A stretch of 64,000 bases of DNA from Candidatus Heimdallarchaeota archaeon. Its GTDB lineage: Archaea; Asgardarchaeota; Heimdallarchaeia; Hodarchaeales; Hodarchaeaceae. The DNA lies in the NCBI GenBank assembly GCA_020353515.1, contig CP070695.1, forward strand, positions 2,162,571-2,226,570, read 5' to 3'. Below the pieces are notes generated by a model. It saw nothing but the letters and a program-made list of their open reading frames with translations. It ran no database searches and was not told the DNA's origin. The translations under genes were made by a program, and so were the position numbers. Each line of letters begins with the position of its first letter. Within the stretch, counting starts at the first letter, position 1. Below are positions 18,555 to 28,572 of this stretch, one piece after another.

Positions 18555-19853
18555 TTATTTGAGTAGCTTCTTTGCTTGATCTTGCCACTTTACCAATCTT
18601 CTCCTTGAAACCCTGAGGTTTCTTTCTAATTCTTCCAAATCAACTTCTACTAAGTCTTTCAAAGTCATTATTCCAACAGTATTTAATTGGTGAGCTGTTT
18701 TTGTACCAATTCCTGTGATTGATGTAAGATTGACCTCTTCAAATGGAGGTCGACTTGGTGAAGATGGAATATCATATTCTTGTCCTGCAAAGATTGCAGC
18801 ATTCTTCTTCCATTTGTTATAAGTCTTTTCACTTGTTGAATCCTTGAAAAGTGCAAAAGATGAATTTAATAAGTCTTGAACCGTTAAAATCCCTCGTTGG
18901 TTTAATTTTTGAGCAGTTTTAGTTCCTATCCCTTTGATACTAGTAACTCGTTGATATAAAGGATCTAATGCCTCTGGTTCTATGACCTCGGGGAAATCTA
19001 CAGATTTACCAATGGACGCAAGAACTTTAATTAAGCGAGACATTGACATTCTTAATGTTTTTCGTAGAGTTTCCATGTCATCGAAGTTTAAAAGATCTGC
19101 TCTTGATGAGATTCCAAGTTTTGCTAGTCTTTCAATAGATTTTGGTCCAATCCCGCTAATAGAAAGTAGATCTTCTGGAATGGGAGTATATTCTTCGGGA
19201 GTAATAGAGCGTTCGACTTCCTTACTTATGAGAAACTTAGCATCTTCGAGCATATGAAGCAATTTAGTATCACTTACACGCATAACTTCAGCAAGAGATA
19301 CACGATCAGGATAACCTAAGAATTCCGAGATCGAGTAGACTTGGAGTTTTACCAATCGACTGGCATAAGTTTTACCAATCCCCTTTATAGCAGTAACAGC
19401 TGTTTCACTTGGGTAAATTACCTCTTTAGTTTGAATATAAGGCTCTGGTATAATCTCTTCAGTAACTACTGGAGCTTCAATATATTCCTCAACAAGTTTC
19501 AATGGACCAGCAGCAAGCATTGGTGGTTCAATTCGTTCAATGTGTTCGACATAGAATTTCTGATCAAGTGAAAAGATATCAGTTTCTACCTGAATCCGCC
19601 ATATACCATGGTGTTCATCACGAATGGTACGTGGGATTGGCCAAGTCAATTCAATTCCTTGGTCTGATCCTTTTCCATACCTGTTTAATCGCGAATTATT
19701 ACGTTTATCGAGAATTTGTAAACGGTATTGATAGGGTATCTGGTCCCCAAATGTTACTTGGATATTTATCATCTCTCCAGGAACAACTGCAAAAACTTTA
19801 TACATTGGATTCTTTGCTTTCCAGATGGAGATCGAAGACATAATTATACCCAA
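18555..19853 (-). CDS. Multi helix-hairpin-helix protein (DUF4332-like) with N-terminal beta domain
   Basis: Four HhH modules: IKGIGKTYA, ISGIGPKSI, IKGIGTKTA, ITGIGTKTA. Confidence 0.75.
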   Translation of the reverse strand: MGIIMSSISIWKAKNPMYKVFAVVPGEMINIQVTFGDQIPYQYRLQILDKRNNSRLNRYGKGSDQGIELTWPIPRTIRDEHHGIWRIQVETDIFSLDQKFYVEHIERIEPPMLAAGPLKLVEEYIEAPVVTEEIIPEPYIQTKEVIYPSETAVTAIKGIGKTYASRLVKLQVYSISEFLGYPDRVSLAEVMRVSDTKLLHMLEDAKFLISKEVERSITPEEYTPIPEDLLSISGIGPKSIERLAKLGISSRADLLNFDDMETLRKTLRMSMSRLIKVLASIGKSVDFPEVIEPEALDPLYQRVTSIKGIGTKTAQKLNQRGILTVQDLLNSSFALFKDSTSEKTYNKWKKNAAIFAGQEYDIPSSPSRPPFEEVNLTSITGIGTKTAHQLNTVGIMTLKDLVEVDLEELERNLRVSRRRLVKWQDQAKKLLK

Positions 19854-21178
19854 TGTTCTGATTCATTCAAGCGATTTTCTTTCTTAATTGGATTTAATTT
19901 AATTCGAATCCAAATTAATAAACCTATGAGTATTAGGACTCCTATAAATGTAACGCAAGTTGCAGCTAAGAATGCAACACGATATGCAATAATCTCTGAT
20001 GCACCTGATAGTAGGAGAAAGTCAATGATCGGCCCAGCAATAAGAGTACCAGCTAATCCCCAGCTAAGAAAGAAAGACGCATTAAAAACACCAAATAATC
20101 TTCCGCGATCTTTTGCTGGAATCAATCCAGAAGCAAATGCATAAGCTGACGCCATAATGACTACCTGAGAAGATCCTCTTAAAAAACTCGCGAGGAAGAT
20201 GAAACTTAAATCTATTGAAGTAATAAACAATACTAGTGCGAATATTGCCATGAATGCACCTATTAAAATCGTGTTTCCATTTCCCAATCGATACCCGATT
20301 GTCCCTACCATCAGACCTAGTAGAATAATCGCGAGTGATTGGGTATTCATAATATAAGATAATAACTCACTAGACACTGCAAAACCTGGAGAGGGGAGAA
20401 ATAAATACTGTGGTAGAATTGTAGCGATACTATTCCGACCAAAATTAATCAGTGTTATTGCTATGAGAAAAATGATGAAAATATGAGAAGAGGGGGTAAT
20501 AACGTCTGTTGGTGATAACTTGTCTTCAATTTCAGTTTGATTCTCACATGATATCCCTCCTTCAGGGACAAATACCATTGGAAAAGCTGAAAGAAACATT
20601 ATTAGTGCTGCTATAATAAATAGGCTTCCTTCATAAAATCCCCAACCCTCATATTGAAGTTTTAATCCGTCATAAAGTAATCCACCAATCCACACACCTA
20701 AAATCCGACCAATCCCTCCTATACTAGAGAGTCTCCCCTGTATAGTACTCCTTTCTTTATATGGAAATAAATCAGATATAAGAGCACTCCAACCGTTATT
20801 TGACATCGACCAAAAGATTTCAACGAGTGACAAACCAATAATGATTATCCATCCAGCAATTAATCGCTGATCCACCAATCGATGAGTAAAGAACACAATC
20901 AGTGTACCAATTCCTGCAAGAAGTTCTCCCACGATAACAAAAGTACGACGTAACTGGAGTTTATCAGATAATACTCCCCATAAAAAAGTTTGAGAACAAA
21001 CATTGAGAATCATTGGGATAGTAGCAAACAGTGTCGTTTCAGTTACGCTCATCCCAAGGAAATACCTAAGGTATATCGATAAATAGGTATAAAAAAGACC
21101 CCGACGAAACATTGCCAATACTTGAAATGAAGATAACCCTAATTGAATCCGAATTGAGATAGCACTGGTTGAGTACAA
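19844..21178 (-). CDS. MFS transporter
   Basis: 12 TM; motif A GVLSDKLQLRR; RGRLFG in the second half. Confidence 0.9.
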   Translation of the reverse strand: MYSTSAISIRIQLGLSSFQVLAMFRRGLFYTYLSIYLRYFLGMSVTETTLFATIPMILNVCSQTFLWGVLSDKLQLRRTFVIVGELLAGIGTLIVFFTHRLVDQRLIAGWIIIIGLSLVEIFWSMSNNGWSALISDLFPYKERSTIQGRLSSIGGIGRILGVWIGGLLYDGLKLQYEGWGFYEGSLFIIAALIMFLSAFPMVFVPEGGISCENQTEIEDKLSPTDVITPSSHIFIIFLIAITLINFGRNSIATILPQYLFLPSPGFAVSSELLSYIMNTQSLAIILLGLMVGTIGYRLGNGNTILIGAFMAIFALVLFITSIDLSFIFLASFLRGSSQVVIMASAYAFASGLIPAKDRGRLFGVFNASFFLSWGLAGTLIAGPIIDFLLLSGASEIIAYRVAFLAATCVTFIGVLILIGLLIWIRIKLNPIKKENRLNESEHWV

Positions 21179-21183
21179 ATTTA

Positions 21184-21807
21184 TTACCCTTTTATAGAAT
21201 CAGAATCTAGTTGGATCAAAATATTTCGAATTTGAATCCATACTTGAGAAGGGGAGACATCCCCATCAATTATAACCCATTTCTTCTTTTGTGTGACTGA
21301 TCGCATCTTGTGTCTCATTTTTCTCAATCGAGCTAAACTCTCAAACATTTCTTGTTTCTCACCACGTTCTAAGATTCTATCCCGAGCAATTTCAGGTGTG
21401 ACATCGAGAAAAAAGAAATATAGACTTATTGGGAGAAAACTTGAGAAAAAGTTATAACCAAAAAACACAAGAGATCTCGGAAGATAACACACACCTAATA
21501 GGTAACGAGAAAATATAATAACCTCATTCTCGTTGTGACGATAATACTTCACCAAACTTCGAATGACATCAATAGCATAAAAAAATGCCGCTTTCAGGTG
21601 TCCTTTCTTCCCACCTTCTTCTAAAGATTTTTTTGTAATCCAGCCAAATGGATTATCTGTCGAGGGATGACTTCTTACGCGAACGTTCCATCCTTTATTG
21701 CGATAATAGCGGGCTACTTGTCTCGCTTGAGTATCCTTCCCACAACCATCACCTCCATCTATAACAATAAATAGCGGATTGGTCTTTGATTTTTTGTTAC
21801 TACCCAT
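21184..21807 (-). CDS. tmk: Thymidylate kinase family protein
   Basis: P-loop IDGGDGCGKDTQ, SRY, FFLDVTPE.A..RI..R. Confidence 0.8.
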   Translation of the reverse strand: MGSNKKSKTNPLFIVIDGGDGCGKDTQARQVARYYRNKGWNVRVRSHPSTDNPFGWITKKSLEEGGKKGHLKAAFFYAIDVIRSLVKYYRHNENEVIIFSRYLLGVCYLPRSLVFFGYNFFSSFLPISLYFFFLDVTPEIARDRILERGEKQEMFESLARLRKMRHKMRSVTQKKKWVIIDGDVSPSQVWIQIRNILIQLDSDSIKG

Positions 21808-22142
21808 GAAACTTCAATGAGGTTATCAAAATCAGCATTTTTTGAATATTTCTTCGTGATGATGATTTTTATCAAAAGATAATAACAGAATGGATGGAGG
21901 ATAGAATGCTTAGAAGAAAAAATAGCCAGTAAATGAGTGAATTTTCCAATCTAATTTCTTAAAATAAGAAGAATTTGAAAATCACTTTTCTGAAATGTTT
22001 ATCAGTATAATAAAAACTTTGAATTCTTGATTCAATCCCAAAACTATTTGAAGGTTTTCCCGTGAGCTTGAACAAAGAGATCTAGCGGTCATGTATAATA
22101 ATTAATGAACAACAAACAATCACAAATAATGAGGCAAGTTAA

Positions 22143-22502
22143 GTGGTACGAAAAGGAAAGGGAAAACCACAACCAGGAACAGAAATCGTCAGACGAACCC
22201 GATATCCTGCAGGGAATGAAGTCATTGGTGTTGTCATTCGAAATTTAGGCGCACGAAGAATGGAAGTTCTTTGCACTGATCAGGTGAAACGAACAGCCCG
22301 AATTCCTGGACGATTTAGGCGAGGGTATAGAATTAGTGTAAATGATGTGGTTTTAGTTGAACCATGGGCAGACTTGAAGGGTGATAAAGCAGACATAACT
22401 TATCGTTATCGAAAGAATGAAATTCGTCCCCTTGCTAGAAGATACTCAAAAGAACTTAAATCTTTAGATATAGAAATCCCCAAGACAGAACCATATTCTT
22501 AA
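22143..22502 (+). CDS. eif1a: Translation initiation factor aIF-1A
   Basis: GVVIRNLGARRMEVLCTD...RTARIPGR, DVVLVEPW, KADITYRY. Confidence 0.93.
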   Translation: MVRKGKGKPQPGTEIVRRTRYPAGNEVIGVVIRNLGARRMEVLCTDQVKRTARIPGRFRRGYRISVNDVVLVEPWADLKGDKADITYRYRKNEIRPLARRYSKELKSLDIEIPKTEPYS

Positions 22503-22506
22503 CAAT

Positions 22507-22521
22507 CCTTTTCATTTTTTT
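22507..22521 (+). terminator. Putative archaeal oligo-T terminator after aIF-1A
   Basis: T-rich pyrimidine tract immediately after the stop codon. Confidence 0.35.
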
Positions 22522-22551
22522 AGTGTTGGGAGGCACACTTGGAGGAAAATA

Positions 22552-23310
22552 ATGAATCATATCAAAATTATTGCTCATAGAGGTTATCTAGTTAATGGTG
22601 AACCAGAGAACTCTATCCCTGCTTTTCAGACCGCAATCCATCATGGTGCTGATGGGTTTGAGTTTGATGTTCACTTAACATCTGATAATAGATTAATTTG
22701 CTTCCACGATGACACTCTCGAGAAACTAGGTCGTCCTGAATCGATTGAAAACCTTTCCTTAAATGAAGTTACCTCAATTGAGCTCTCTGAAGGAATTACA
22801 ATCCCCTCACTCGAAGAAGTCTTTGAAACGTTTGGTAATAAGGCCTATCTAAATTTAGAGATGAAAAATCAAAAAGAAGGAGCTAAAAACTTAGTAGAAG
22901 TTATTAATCAATATGATCTGAAGCGGGAGAGTATAATTATTTCCTCATTTCATCATTCTCCCTTAAAAAAGATAAAAACTTTCGATCCAACCATTCAAAC
23001 AGGTCTATTATGTCATTCAGCAAAGGATAAATTAAAAATCGCAGAAAAATTAAACTGCAACGCTTTACACCCTTTTTATGGTAGTATTCCAGATGAATGG
23101 ATCAAGGTTTCTTCTTGGTTAACCTCCAAGATTCACAAATATTATGCTCATAAGAGCTTTAAGGTAGCAAAAAAAATAGGAATCTTAATTAATCCATATG
23201 GAGTTAATGAGGAGAGTTTTATTAGATCTACAATTCAGATGAAAGTTAACGCTATAATTACAGACGAAGTAGAACGAGCTTTTAAGTTGCGGAATCAGTT
23301 CTCTAAGTGA
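22552..23310 (+). CDS. Glycerophosphodiester phosphodiesterase
   Basis: IIAHRG, PENS, EFDVHLTSD, HDDTL, NLEMK, IITD. Confidence 0.92.
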   Translation: MNHIKIIAHRGYLVNGEPENSIPAFQTAIHHGADGFEFDVHLTSDNRLICFHDDTLEKLGRPESIENLSLNEVTSIELSEGITIPSLEEVFETFGNKAYLNLEMKNQKEGAKNLVEVINQYDLKRESIIISSFHHSPLKKIKTFDPTIQTGLLCHSAKDKLKIAEKLNCNALHPFYGSIPDEWIKVSSWLTSKIHKYYAHKSFKVAKKIGILINPYGVNEESFIRSTIQMKVNAIITDEVERAFKLRNQFSK

Positions 23311-23392
23311 ATAAAAAAAGATAATCCATTTTTAGGGTTATTTTATTGGGGAGGAAGAAAGGGTAATTGAGAACGATTTTGAGGGTTGACTT

Positions 23393-24469
23393 GTGACTTT
23401 GTTAATAACTGGTGGAACGGGGTTAGTAGGGCAAATATTGGTTCATTATTTAATGGAAAAAACAGCTTATGCTGAAAAACCTCATACAATACGATTATTA
23501 TTTAGAAAAAGAAACGGAAATCCTCATAGGCGGCGCTTTATAAGTTGGTGTGAGAAGAAAGGTATGGATCTTGTGTATGGTGATCTGAGAAAAGATGAAG
23601 ATGTAATGAGATTTACTAAAGTATCTGATCCTCAATCATCAGTATTAATTCATTCAGGAGCGATATTTAATCTTTGGCAGCCTTTCTACCTCTTATATGA
23701 TGTGAATGTGAATGGAACTAAGAGAATTCTCAAAGCTTTTCATCGAAATAGGATTAGTAAGCTGATTCACATTTCATCAGTTGCCGTATATGGTACTCTG
23801 ACTGGAACAAATGGGACAGGTATAACTGAGGACCAACCCCTTGACCTTAAGATGGAAAAAGGTTATGAGCTCACAAAGGCGCTAGGAGAACAACTTGTAC
23901 AAGATTACCAACAAGATCATCCAGAGAAACGGGTTACGATCTTACGTCCTTCTGGAATTGTTGGAGGCACTGGAACAACGTTAGATGTTTTTTCGAGAAT
24001 GTTTTTTGGTCGTTTTGTTTCCCTTCCAAGAGGTGGATTAGATAAAATCAGTCTAGTAGATGTTGAGGATGTTGCACGTGCGATCTATTATTTCTCAGAT
24101 TTTGATAAGGGAAATGGGGAAGCTTTTAACCTAGTAAGTTTCGTATCAACGCTTCGTGAGGTTGTAGAAAAATTAGGTTGGGCTTTGCAGAGGGGAAAGA
24201 TTTCTATTATCCCGATACCACTATTTATTTTCAAACCACTTTATCACCTTGCTCGAGGTATCCGAAAAATAAAGCCAGCTGAAGAAAAATCATTACTACT
24301 CCCAATTCTGTTCAATAAACTTGGGAAAGATATCTGGATTGATAACAGGAAGGCTAATTCAAGGGGTTTTCATGCAAAAATCGATCTTCATGAATCAATG
24401 AAAAAATTTAGCACATTTTTGGCACAAAATCCATGGTATGTTCAACAAAAATACGGAGTTACCTTATGA
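23393..24469 (+). CDS. NAD-dependent epimerase/dehydratase (extended SDR, 3-beta-HSD-like)
   Basis: ITGGTGLVG, NVNGT, HISSVAVYG, YELTK (YxxxK), LRPSGIVG. Confidence 0.88.
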   Translation: MTLLITGGTGLVGQILVHYLMEKTAYAEKPHTIRLLFRKRNGNPHRRRFISWCEKKGMDLVYGDLRKDEDVMRFTKVSDPQSSVLIHSGAIFNLWQPFYLLYDVNVNGTKRILKAFHRNRISKLIHISSVAVYGTLTGTNGTGITEDQPLDLKMEKGYELTKALGEQLVQDYQQDHPEKRVTILRPSGIVGGTGTTLDVFSRMFFGRFVSLPRGGLDKISLVDVEDVARAIYYFSDFDKGNGEAFNLVSFVSTLREVVEKLGWALQRGKISIIPIPLFIFKPLYHLARGIRKIKPAEEKSLLLPILFNKLGKDIWIDNRKANSRGFHAKIDLHESMKKFSTFLAQNPWYVQQKYGVTL

Positions 24470-24564
24470 TTAGCTTAAAAGGTAGTAAATGACCTTAGAA
24501 GATTCAGGACTATGATATTAGTGATGAAAGTTTTATATAAGATCATAATTCAAACCTTTTAGAA

Positions 24565-25392
24565 ATGATTCACCTAGGCTGTGCTGGCTGGAGCTACCAA
24601 CATTGGAGAGGTACATTCTATCCTCGGAATGTAGAAAACGAACTTACATTTTATAGCAATTATTCACTTTTAAATGAAATTAATACAACTTTTTATCGAA
24701 TTCCTTCCGAATCAATGATTAATAGATGGTATCATTCAACTCCAGATGATTTCATCTTCAGTGCTAAACTCACCCGTGAGGTTACTCATGTTTCACGCCC
24801 AAGTCTTAAAACAGATAAAATTTCAATGTTCTTCTTACGTATGCAGGGACTTGAGGAAAAATTACAATCGATCTTGATCCAATTCCCTCCAAGATTTCGA
24901 AACACGAAAGAAACATACACTTTTTTATGTCAAATCCTTGAAAAGTGCTCAAACCTTTTTTCTGGACAATTAGTACTAGAGATCAGGAATAAGTCTTGGT
25001 TCACTCCTGAGGTGAAGGATCTATTAAATGATATGTCAATCACTCTAGCTGAGACAACTACGCTTAATATTCCAGAAGAATATCAGAATGAGAATGTTCC
25101 TTTGTACTATATTCGTTTATTGGGTGACAGGAAGTTAATTCCAGATGAAAAACTAGGCGAATTCTTCTTGGATAAAAACAAAGAGAGAAAAGATTGGGCA
25201 TGGAAGCTTGTAGAACTGAGTAAAAGATATGATACAATATTTGTGCTTATTAACAACAGATTTTCTGGTTATGCAATCAATGATGCTATCTCTTTACGAA
25301 AAATTCTAACAAGAGAGAATATTTCAACCCAAGGCTTTGAAAAGGATGATAAATACATCAAAAGACAAATGAGTCTAAGAGAATTCTTTTAA
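24565..25392 (+). CDS. DUF72 (YecE-like) TIM-barrel protein with C-terminal PIP-box
   Basis: GCAGWSY..W...FYP, EINTTFY, QFPP, EIRN.SW, YIRL.G; ends QMSLREFF. Confidence 0.9.
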   Translation: MIHLGCAGWSYQHWRGTFYPRNVENELTFYSNYSLLNEINTTFYRIPSESMINRWYHSTPDDFIFSAKLTREVTHVSRPSLKTDKISMFFLRMQGLEEKLQSILIQFPPRFRNTKETYTFLCQILEKCSNLFSGQLVLEIRNKSWFTPEVKDLLNDMSITLAETTTLNIPEEYQNENVPLYYIRLLGDRKLIPDEKLGEFFLDKNKERKDWAWKLVELSKRYDTIFVLINNRFSGYAINDAISLRKILTRENISTQGFEKDDKYIKRQMSLREFF

Positions 25393-25544
25393 TATTGAGA
25401 GGATCATCCATAAAGGCATTGAGAAAGTCTCTTGATGTTTTCGCGCAAATGAAGATGTTATCTTTCTTATAATCACTCTTTTCCTTAATTCATGTCTTCT
25501 ATTAATTTGAGTACACTGCGTATCACACTAATTTTTAAATAATA

Positions 25545-25718
25545 ATGGCTCTATATTCAAAAACGGAGCTATTAGTAATGCAATCAAAGAGCCAGATGCA
25601 ATTTCAAACTCATTGTCTTCACCAATTAGTTCGTAGCTCACTCCCAGAAGAGAAGTCAAAAGAAATTTATCGATGTCTGCGATGTGGTTGCGCTTTCACT
25701 ATTCAAAAAGTCTCCTAA
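25545..25718 (+). CDS. Small putative zinc-finger protein (57 aa), below the ORF-track cutoff
   Basis: Hand translation: MALYSKTELLVMQSKSQMQFQTHCLHQLVRSSLPEEKSKEIYRCLRCGCAFTIQKVS*; CxH...CxxCG motif; lies in an otherwise empty gap. Confidence 0.5.
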   Translation: MALYSKTELLVMQSKSQMQFQTHCLHQLVRSSLPEEKSKEIYRCLRCGCAFTIQKVS

Positions 25719-25775
25719 ACCTATCTTTAGTCTGTTGGGGGAATTTGAAGAGATTTTTCCTCAATTGAACTGTGT

Positions 25776-26639
25776 TTATGTAACATCTACTAATGAATCA
25801 ATATGTGTAATTGAACCGTGCAAATTTTCCACTCCAGCGATAGTAAGGGTAATTGCATTTTGAGGACAAGTCATAACACATCGTCCACACCCTCTACAAG
25901 AATCACCAATTACTGCTCGTTCATCTACAACTTTTATTGCATGAACAAAACAAACATCAACACATGTTCTGCATCCTATGCATTCCTCACCAACTGAAAC
26001 AGTTACACCTGGCATTTTTGAAACCTTTCCTGCTATCTTCTTTGATACATGAGGTAGAATTCGCCACAAACAACAACAAGGACAACAATTACATATAGTG
26101 AGAAGTTTATTTCCAGGGCCAATTTTCAGCCAAAAAGTATCAAGTTTATTTCTACCAACTAGATGTACTAATCCCGCTTCTCGACACTTCTGTACATGGA
26201 GTAATGCCTCTTCTTTTGTCACCCTCTTCCCTAAATTTGGATCTATTTGGATTGCTGCTTCACCAAGAAATAAGCAACCGAGATCTATTGGATATTCCTT
26301 GCAGGAAGAAGCTGAACGACATATACACCAATCCATAATCCAGTGATAATTTGCTTCTTTAATGAAATGTTCAATTACCATTGATGGAATAATTGTTTCA
26401 CTGTGATGTATTTCTTGATCTATTTTGATAATGCTTGCTTCATCCTTGGGTATGTATATGATCTCATCTTCATGGAATAGCATATAATCCATTATTCTAC
26501 CAAGAAGAGGGATTCTTGTAATCCTTGCGAAAATGGATCTCAGGGGGAATCCTTTTTTCAGTAACCAGACGAATAACCTAGATCTAGGCATATGATTAAT
26601 CAGTCCTTGAAAATCAATTAACTTAAGTATCTCTTCCAA
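25776..26639 (-). CDS. 4Fe-4S dicluster-binding protein
   Basis: CICR...C...C, CNCCPCCC and two ferredoxin motifs (CIGCRTCVDVC, CRGCGRCVMTCP). Confidence 0.88.
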   Translation of the reverse strand: MEEILKLIDFQGLINHMPRSRLFVWLLKKGFPLRSIFARITRIPLLGRIMDYMLFHEDEIIYIPKDEASIIKIDQEIHHSETIIPSMVIEHFIKEANYHWIMDWCICRSASSCKEYPIDLGCLFLGEAAIQIDPNLGKRVTKEEALLHVQKCREAGLVHLVGRNKLDTFWLKIGPGNKLLTICNCCPCCCLWRILPHVSKKIAGKVSKMPGVTVSVGEECIGCRTCVDVCFVHAIKVVDERAVIGDSCRGCGRCVMTCPQNAITLTIAGVENLHGSITHIDSLVDVT

Positions 26640-27126
26640 AGCTCCAATTTACAATCTTTTCCTTATCATATAGGAATTTAGCTTCCACAACATCACATGT
26701 ATTGAGTAATTTAGGAGTAAATATCTTATCCCCGTCCCACATCTTTTCATAAGGAATTTTGTTGATTGGAACCCACGATAGATTTCCCTCAGGGTTCTCG
26801 AATTCGATTTTATTAGCTACTTGGACATAATAAAGGAATACAAGCCAATTAAATGCGGGTAAATCTTCATTAATCTTATCTCGATTGATTTCATCAAAGT
26901 AAATATATCCCCTAAACTCAATCTCTTCAGGTTTTAAACTATATCCTGTTTCCTCTTCTAGTTCCCTTATTATACACTCAATGGGAGTCTCTCCAGGTTC
27001 AAGACGCCCCCCAATGCCTATATACTTCCCCTCATGGAAATCCTTATCTTTTTTATTCCGGAATAGCAGGAGAACTTCATCGTTGCAAACAATATAGGCT
27101 AATGTAGCTAATTTGTGTTTAACCAT
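26623..27126 (-). CDS. NUDIX hydrolase, 8-oxo-dGTPase (MutT/MTH1-like)
   Basis: Nudix box GGRLEPGETPIECIIRELEEETG; MWDGD. Confidence 0.88.
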   Translation of the reverse strand: MVKHKLATLAYIVCNDEVLLLFRNKKDKDFHEGKYIGIGGRLEPGETPIECIIRELEEETGYSLKPEEIEFRGYIYFDEINRDKINEDLPAFNWLVFLYYVQVANKIEFENPEGNLSWVPINKIPYEKMWDGDKIFTPKLLNTCDVVEAKFLYDKEKIVNWSFGRDT

Positions 27127-27303
27127 CTTATATTCCCGAGGTTTATCCAGTACTCAGCAGTTTATACCAGAATATGACAAGTTCAGTATCAATATAGTAG
27201 GTTTCTATCTTTTTCTCTCACAAAATGATTTTTTATTTTTGATTTATTTCGACCTATAACAAGAAATCTCACAATTAATAAGACATCAGACACTGGTGAC
27301 GAA

Positions 27304-27816
27304 ATGTCAAAATCTTTTCAACCCCAAGATAATGTTGGAATCAAAATTCGAAAAGGTACAGTAGAAGATGCGGATAAACTTACTGAGATTGAAAGATTAT
27401 GCTTTCCTAGTGAAGTGCGTTATGGCCCTTCTGTTTTGGCTGTTCTTCTTTCGATGACACCTATCTACACTGTTTTAACAGTTCAAACTGTTGAAAAAGA
27501 AGAAATTATTGCCTTTGCTATTGGGGAACAAGATGAGACTGATGAGATGTTAGGAAGAATAATTACAATTCAGGTAGATCCATCATTTTGGAGGAAAGGT
27601 GTCGGAGAAAAATTATTATTAGAACTTGAAGCTACTCTTCATAAAGAACATGGGATCGAAAGATTTGAACTGCAAGTTCATTATAAGAATGAAAAAGCAA
27701 TAAAATTTTACCAAAATAATGGCTATCATACTATCAGATTAATACATAATTATTATGAACGAAAAGAGCATGCATACTTGATGGAAAAGAGATTTCTAAT
27801 TGATAAGCTCTTTTAG
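27304..27816 (+). CDS. GNAT N-acetyltransferase (RimI/Ard1-like)
   Basis: IE..CF, ITIQVDPSFWRKGVG, LQV...N..AI.FY...GY, NYY. Confidence 0.88.
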   Translation: MSKSFQPQDNVGIKIRKGTVEDADKLTEIERLCFPSEVRYGPSVLAVLLSMTPIYTVLTVQTVEKEEIIAFAIGEQDETDEMLGRIITIQVDPSFWRKGVGEKLLLELEATLHKEHGIERFELQVHYKNEKAIKFYQNNGYHTIRLIHNYYERKEHAYLMEKRFLIDKLF

Positions 27817-28563
27817 AGTAGATAGAATTTTTGGCATAATGATTCCAGCCATTCCACGAATTGCAACATTGGCATAAATATCCATTGGAGTTATTTCTCT
27901 ATTCACGATTAATATTCGCTTTCCAGTCTGAACAGCAAGTGATGGAAGTGCAGCAGCGGGATAGACTGTCAAACTACTACCTATAATAATTAGTAGATCA
28001 GCAGCAATCACTTCTTCCCGTGCTTGTTCCATAACATCATAAGGCAACTGTTCCCCAAACAAAATTGTATTAGTTTTGATTAATCCTTCACACTGGGGAC
28101 ATCGGGGAGGGATTTGACCTTGGTCTAAAAAAGCTTCCACCTCGGTAAAATGGAATCTCTTATCACAGCTCAAACAACGAGAAGTTTGAGTAGTCCCATG
28201 GATTTCAAGTACTTTAGTGTTTCCTGCTCTGGAATGAAGGAAATCAACATTTTGTGTTATTATTACCTTCAGTTTCCCGTACTCCAGTTCAAGAGTGGCA
28301 AGAGCTAGGTGAGCTGGATTCGGTTGAGCAGTTATTACCATGTCTCTCAATTCTTTATGCATTGTCCAATATTTTTCCGGATGAATCAAAAAATTTGAGT
28401 AAGTAGCATACTCATTTGGATTATACTTTTCCCAAAGTCCACCTGGGCTACGAAAGTCGGGAATTCCTGATTCGACGCTAATCCCAGCACCAGTAAATGC
28501 TACTATGTAATTTGATTTCTTGATCAGTTCTGCAGCTTGCTTTATCTTATCTTCTTGATTCAA
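27796..28563 (-). CDS. cobB: Sir2-family NAD-dependent protein deacylase
   Basis: TGAGISVESGIPDFRS, TQNVD.LH..AG, EIHG, two CxxC, GSSLTVYPAA. Confidence 0.95.
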   Translation of the reverse strand: MNQEDKIKQAAELIKKSNYIVAFTGAGISVESGIPDFRSPGGLWEKYNPNEYATYSNFLIHPEKYWTMHKELRDMVITAQPNPAHLALATLELEYGKLKVIITQNVDFLHSRAGNTKVLEIHGTTQTSRCLSCDKRFHFTEVEAFLDQGQIPPRCPQCEGLIKTNTILFGEQLPYDVMEQAREEVIAADLLIIIGSSLTVYPAAALPSLAVQTGKRILIVNREITPMDIYANVAIRGMAGIIMPKILSTLKELIN

Positions 28564-28572
28564 ACCAAGACC

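Noticed and set aside
18982-20144. Several plus-strand ORFs of 76-138 aa
   Set aside because: Overlap the HhH and MFS genes on the opposite strand; no independent coding signal
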